NCBI RefSeq assembly: GCF_006345805.1
Contig: NW_021827117.1
Location: 1 to 11,057, forward strand
DNA: 11,057 nt
Origin: Octopus sinensis
Taxonomy: Eukaryota
Direction: 5' to 3'
Part shown: positions 8,531 to 11,057 of the stretch, piece by piece
Layout: every line of letters starts with the position of its first letter
How positions within the stretch are numbered: position 1 is the stretch's first letter
The notes under the pieces: generated by a model
Told to the model about the DNA's origin: nothing
The model's input: the letters and a program-made list of their open reading frames with translations, nothing else
Databases searched by the model: none
Made by a program: the position numbers and the translations under genes

Positions 8531-8970
8531 CTGGTATGAAATAAAGGGCAAGGAACTAAAGAGAAAGAAGGGGAGTAGTTTGTGAGCTACATATGATGCA
8601 CATGTGTACTAACAAATACGGTTCACTTAGTGACATTTTCATTGGTTGGTTGACCTCAAACACGTGATACTCCACCCAACACCTTAGATATCTTCGTCAT
8701 TATATCTTCTTTCATCGGAGATTGCATTGAGTCGCTTACAATTATTATTCAGCCTCTCTTTTTCCTCTCCATCATTCTTCCTATATACATGTATGTGTGT
8801 GTGTGTGTATTTATATACATATATCCCCATATAACTACCACTCCTTCCTCTATCTCCCCCACTTCCTCTCCTTCCCTCCCGATACACAGAAAAGTACACA
8901 CATAACTCGCTTAACCTTCATACTTATAAAATGGAATAAACATCCCTCTGGTGAATATCTGTCAATGTGA

Positions 8971-9105
8971 TATCGTCTGAAGAAGCCAATCCATGAAGAT
9001 GATTTTCCCGATACCCACCGACAGTACGGAATACACCTTATTCATCGCAGAATACGAACTGTGATCTTAAGAGACATGTGAGATGTGGAAACGCGCGTAG
9101 CGATG
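8971..9105 (+). ncRNA. Hammerhead-like motif B (type I, long helix II region, damaged helix II closure)
   Basis: UAUCGU (8971-8976), CUGAAGA (8977-8983), ~104 nt, GAAA-C-GCGC-GUA (9088-9099), then GCGAUG (9100-9105). Helix I is 6 bp with 2 GU pairs, helix III is the palindrome ACGCGCGU, and the base of helix II does not pair. Confidence 0.55.
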
Positions 9106-9114
9106 CATTAAATG

Positions 9115-9116
<2 letters not shown>

Positions 9117-9151
<35 letters not shown>
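9117..9151. repeat. (TA)n microsatellite
   Basis: Direct reading of the sequence. Confidence 0.96.
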
Positions 9152-9154
<3 letters not shown>

Positions 9155-9187
9155 TTATAACACTAATCCTTGGATAGAATTTATAGA

Positions 9188-9260
9188 CAGAACGTAACGG
9201 CAGACGAAATACCGCTAAGCATTACGCTCGGCGCGCTAACGATTCTGCCAGCTCGCTGCC
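9188..9260 (-). mobile_element. tRNA-derived SINE 5' head fragment (family of 5205-5415)
   Basis: The minus strand reads GGCAGCGAGCTGGCAGAATCGTTAGCGCGCCGAGCGTAATGCTTAGCGGTATTTCGTCTGCCGTTACGTTCTG and aligns with 5343-5415. CpGs are retained. Similarity ends at the B box. Confidence 0.85.
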
Positions 9261-9269
9261 CTTATACTT

Positions 9270-9715
9270 ATATGGCAAATTAAAAACGGAAGATAGAATA
9301 TACGAGAATTTTCTAACCACGACAATTGTTTCGACACATCTAGCATCGATCCCTTATGGGTGGGTCACTTAACAAGTGGTTCAGGAGCATCCGGCGGTGC
9401 AGATGTGTCTCGTCGAGTGATAAATAAATGCAACTCGTTAAAATATCAGCTGAATCACCCTGAGGACTATATTAAGGGCACGCGTGTGTACAAAGTGGTC
9501 AGTGAATTGTACATTAACCCATTGCCTACCATGAGCCCCATTTGGGGATCTACTAAAAACAGTCTCACTCCCAGTTGTTCGAGGTACTTAAAGCGAATTG
9601 TTCATGTACACTGCATTTGCAGAGGTGTGTTTAACAATATTTAGTAGTTAAAGTTTATCATTACTAGCTCAGGCTAATTCTTGAGGACATTTTATGTCAT
9701 AAATCGCAGATTTTA
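9270..9715 (-). mobile_element. PLE 3' remnant: decayed endonuclease C-terminus, 3' region and hammerhead
   Basis: Minus-strand translation gives KICDL* (9697-9714), ILLNT (9626-9640) and KCSVHEQFALS (9586-9618), in the order of the PLE C-terminal C.LC..EK...LLN....KCRH.NKF motif recalled from memory. A hammerhead follows on the same strand. Confidence 0.55.
9316..9421 (-). ncRNA. Hammerhead-like motif C (type I, extended branched helix II)
   Basis: RNA: AUCAC-UCGACGA-GACACAUCU-[59 nt]-AGAUGUGUC-GAAA-C-AAUU-GUC/GUGGU. Helix II is a perfect 9 bp with G10.1-C11.1, helix I is 5 bp, and helix III is the palindrome ACAAUUGU. The core matches 5/7 (UC in place of CU). Confidence 0.75.
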
Positions 9716-9773
9716 AACTACAAAAATGTGATTGATTTGAAAACGTTTCTTTTTTTTATATTTTGATTTCCCA

Positions 9774-9794
9774 TTATATAATAATATATATTAT

Positions 9795-9838
<44 letters not shown>

Positions 9839-9846
9839 ATATATAT
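9774..9846. repeat. Degenerate (TA)n microsatellite
   Basis: Direct reading of the sequence. Confidence 0.95.
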
Positions 9847-9952
9847 AAAATTCAGGGTGAACACTTGATAACTGTAGCACCTGTATATGTCAGTTAGTGG
9901 TGTAAGTGATAGGGTATATTTATCCAAAGAAAAACAGGATGCAAAGGATCTA

Positions 9953-10028
9953 GCGGTACATATGTTTCTGGCTTTATTGGACAATTTATATCAATGCATA
10001 ATTGATGTAACATGTATGTCAATAGCCT
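9953..10028 (-). ncRNA. 5'-truncated copy of hammerhead D, lacking the CUGAAGA strand
   Basis: The minus strand reads AGGCU...AGCC-A-GAAAC-AUAU-GUA/CCGC. Homology to the right arm stops exactly where CUGAAGA would begin. Confidence 0.7.
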
Positions 10029-10740
10029 ATGAGAAAGTAGATAAGTTTATAGACACACGCCACACTTAGAGCATACAACTTAAATTGACCCTCCGCCCAC
10101 TACCAAACAGCTCCCCAGATAATTAAGATTTAATTTATGACACTCACCAAAAACATCCTAAACCTTCATCACTAACCACCATGTATTTTTCTGTATCTCC
10201 TTATTCTTACCTTACTTTATCTTTATGTCCACTTAAAAAAATTTTTTTTTATCCTTTTATATTTTTATTTTTCGCTTTTATTTTTCGTCTTTATTTTTTC
10301 GCTCCTTTATCTTTATTTGTATTTCCTTGTTATTTTCCACTTCTACGCTGCCACAATACAGCTCTAGAACTTTAGACCCTACACACGACATCCTTTGTAT
10401 CTTCATATACTTATTTTTTTTACATCTTTACTCTTTTATTACATTTTGCACTTACTATTATCCTGTATAATCGTGTTTAGATTTATAGTTATACTTTTTC
10501 CTCTTTGTGATCCCAACTTCATTAAAGATTCACCCACTTCCACTTCTTCCCTCTTTATCTCAACATCCAACCTCCTCATTCTTTATCGAGTGAAAAAACG
10601 GTATGGACGTTTTGTTTTGGTGTCTCGCTATGCCATAAATGACTATGAGGATTTGCATTCCCAACGAAACTCGTCTTTTTCCCAAACTTCTTCTCAAACC
10701 TGCTATAATGTAATACATGTCTTTAGTGTGGAAATTGTAC

Positions 10741-10827
10741 GCGGCTGAAGAAGGCTATTGACATACATGTTATATCAATTATGCATTGATATAAATTGTA
10801 CGATAAAGCCAGAAACATATGTACCGC
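10741..10827 (+). ncRNA. Hammerhead ribozyme D (type I, intact core nucleotides, long hairpin helix II)
   Basis: GCGG (10741-10744), CUGAAGA (10745-10751), A, GGCU ... AGCC (10807-10810), A, GAAA-C-AUAU-GUA (10812-10823), then CCGC (10824-10827). Helix III is the palindrome ACAUAUGU. Helix II ends in a perfect 10-bp stem (10770-10779 with 10785-10794). Confidence 0.8.
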
Positions 10828-10855
10828 TAAATCCTTTGCATCCTGTTTTTCTTTT

Positions 10856-10875
10856 GATATATAATTATATATTAT

Positions 10876-10907
<32 letters not shown>
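10856..10907. repeat. (TA)n microsatellite
   Basis: Direct reading of the sequence. Confidence 0.95.
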
Positions 10908-10937
10908 CACCAGGGATGATTTACGTTCATATATTTC

Positions 10938-10994
10938 AATGGCGGTGCCCCAGCATGGCCACAGCTCGTGAGCTGAAACTAGAATCAATCAATC
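10938..10994 (+). mobile_element. 3' terminus of a SINE/LINE retroposon with an (AATC)n tail
   Basis: GTGCCCCAGCATGGCCACAG...CTGAAACT resembles the SINE 3' end at 7011-7044, sharing GTGCCCCAGCATGG exactly. Confidence 0.7.
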
Positions 10995-11057
10995 ATATCA
11001 TTCTTGATAGTTTCATACATTTTGCATTAGATATGTAGTTTAAAAAAAAAAAACTAA

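Larger units (their letters stand above)
9921..10859 (+). mobile_element. 939-bp element bounded by 108-bp inverted repeats; probable non-autonomous PLE derivative with inverted pLTRs
   Basis: Arms 9921-10028 and 10752-10859 are reverse complements with 5 mismatches and no indels. The arms consist of hammerhead sequence plus its 3' flank. The interior is very T-rich on the + strand. Both outer ends are TA-rich. Confidence 0.7.

Noticed and set aside
8300-8540. Gly-rich then Lys/Arg-rich open frame
   Set aside because: Degenerate triplet repeats that rarely contain stops; no homology signal.
9514-9520. TTAACCC as a piggyBac left end
   Set aside because: No matching GGGTTAA downstream, and it lies within the PLE remnant.
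9360-9644. 94-aa plus-strand ORF
   Set aside because: GTG start, antisense to the PLE remnant and hammerhead C, and no recognisable domain.
10640-10680. GAAAC-UC-GUC as another hammerhead
   Set aside because: No intact CUGANGA, no helix II closure and no helix I. Such short matches are expected by chance in 11 kb.
10395-10748. 117-aa ORF inside the inverted-repeat element
   Set aside because: Hydrophobic composition follows from T-richness. Only a faint, unconvincing resemblance to a PLE C-terminus.
9921-10859. Tc1/mariner or Mutator MITE reading of the 108-bp inverted repeat
   Set aside because: No superfamily terminal signature or clear TSD, and the ribozyme extends beyond the right arm. 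Disfavoured but not excluded.
1-11057. CRISPR arrays, rRNA or true tRNA genes, bacterial operons
   Set aside because: No repeat-spacer arrays are present. The tRNA-like segments are SINE heads without a full cloverleaf, and the sequence is clearly eukaryotic.

Overview
Gene-poor, microsatellite-rich eukaryotic DNA, most likely from an octopus or other coleoid cephalopod, inferred from the SINE families and the density of TA/TATG/GA repeats. No host protein-coding exon can be supported, and most ORFs in the track are microsatellite translations. Recognisable content: decayed CR1-clade LINE and Ty3/Gypsy reverse transcriptase fragments, several tRNA-derived SINEs, three related hAT-type MITE copies (one carrying a nested TIR element), and Penelope-like element (PLE) remnants beside (TA)n tracts. 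The main finding is a cluster of type I hammerhead-ribozyme-like motifs: four near-complete (6182-6217 -, 8971-9105 +, 9316-9421 -, 10741-10827 +), one 5'-truncated copy (9953-10028 -) and one doubtful remnant (1054-1079 +). All have a self-complementary helix III, and three have a long helix II insertion. The motif at 10741-10827 lies in one arm of a 108-bp, 95%-identical inverted repeat that at first looks like a MITE. All alignments and folds were done by eye.
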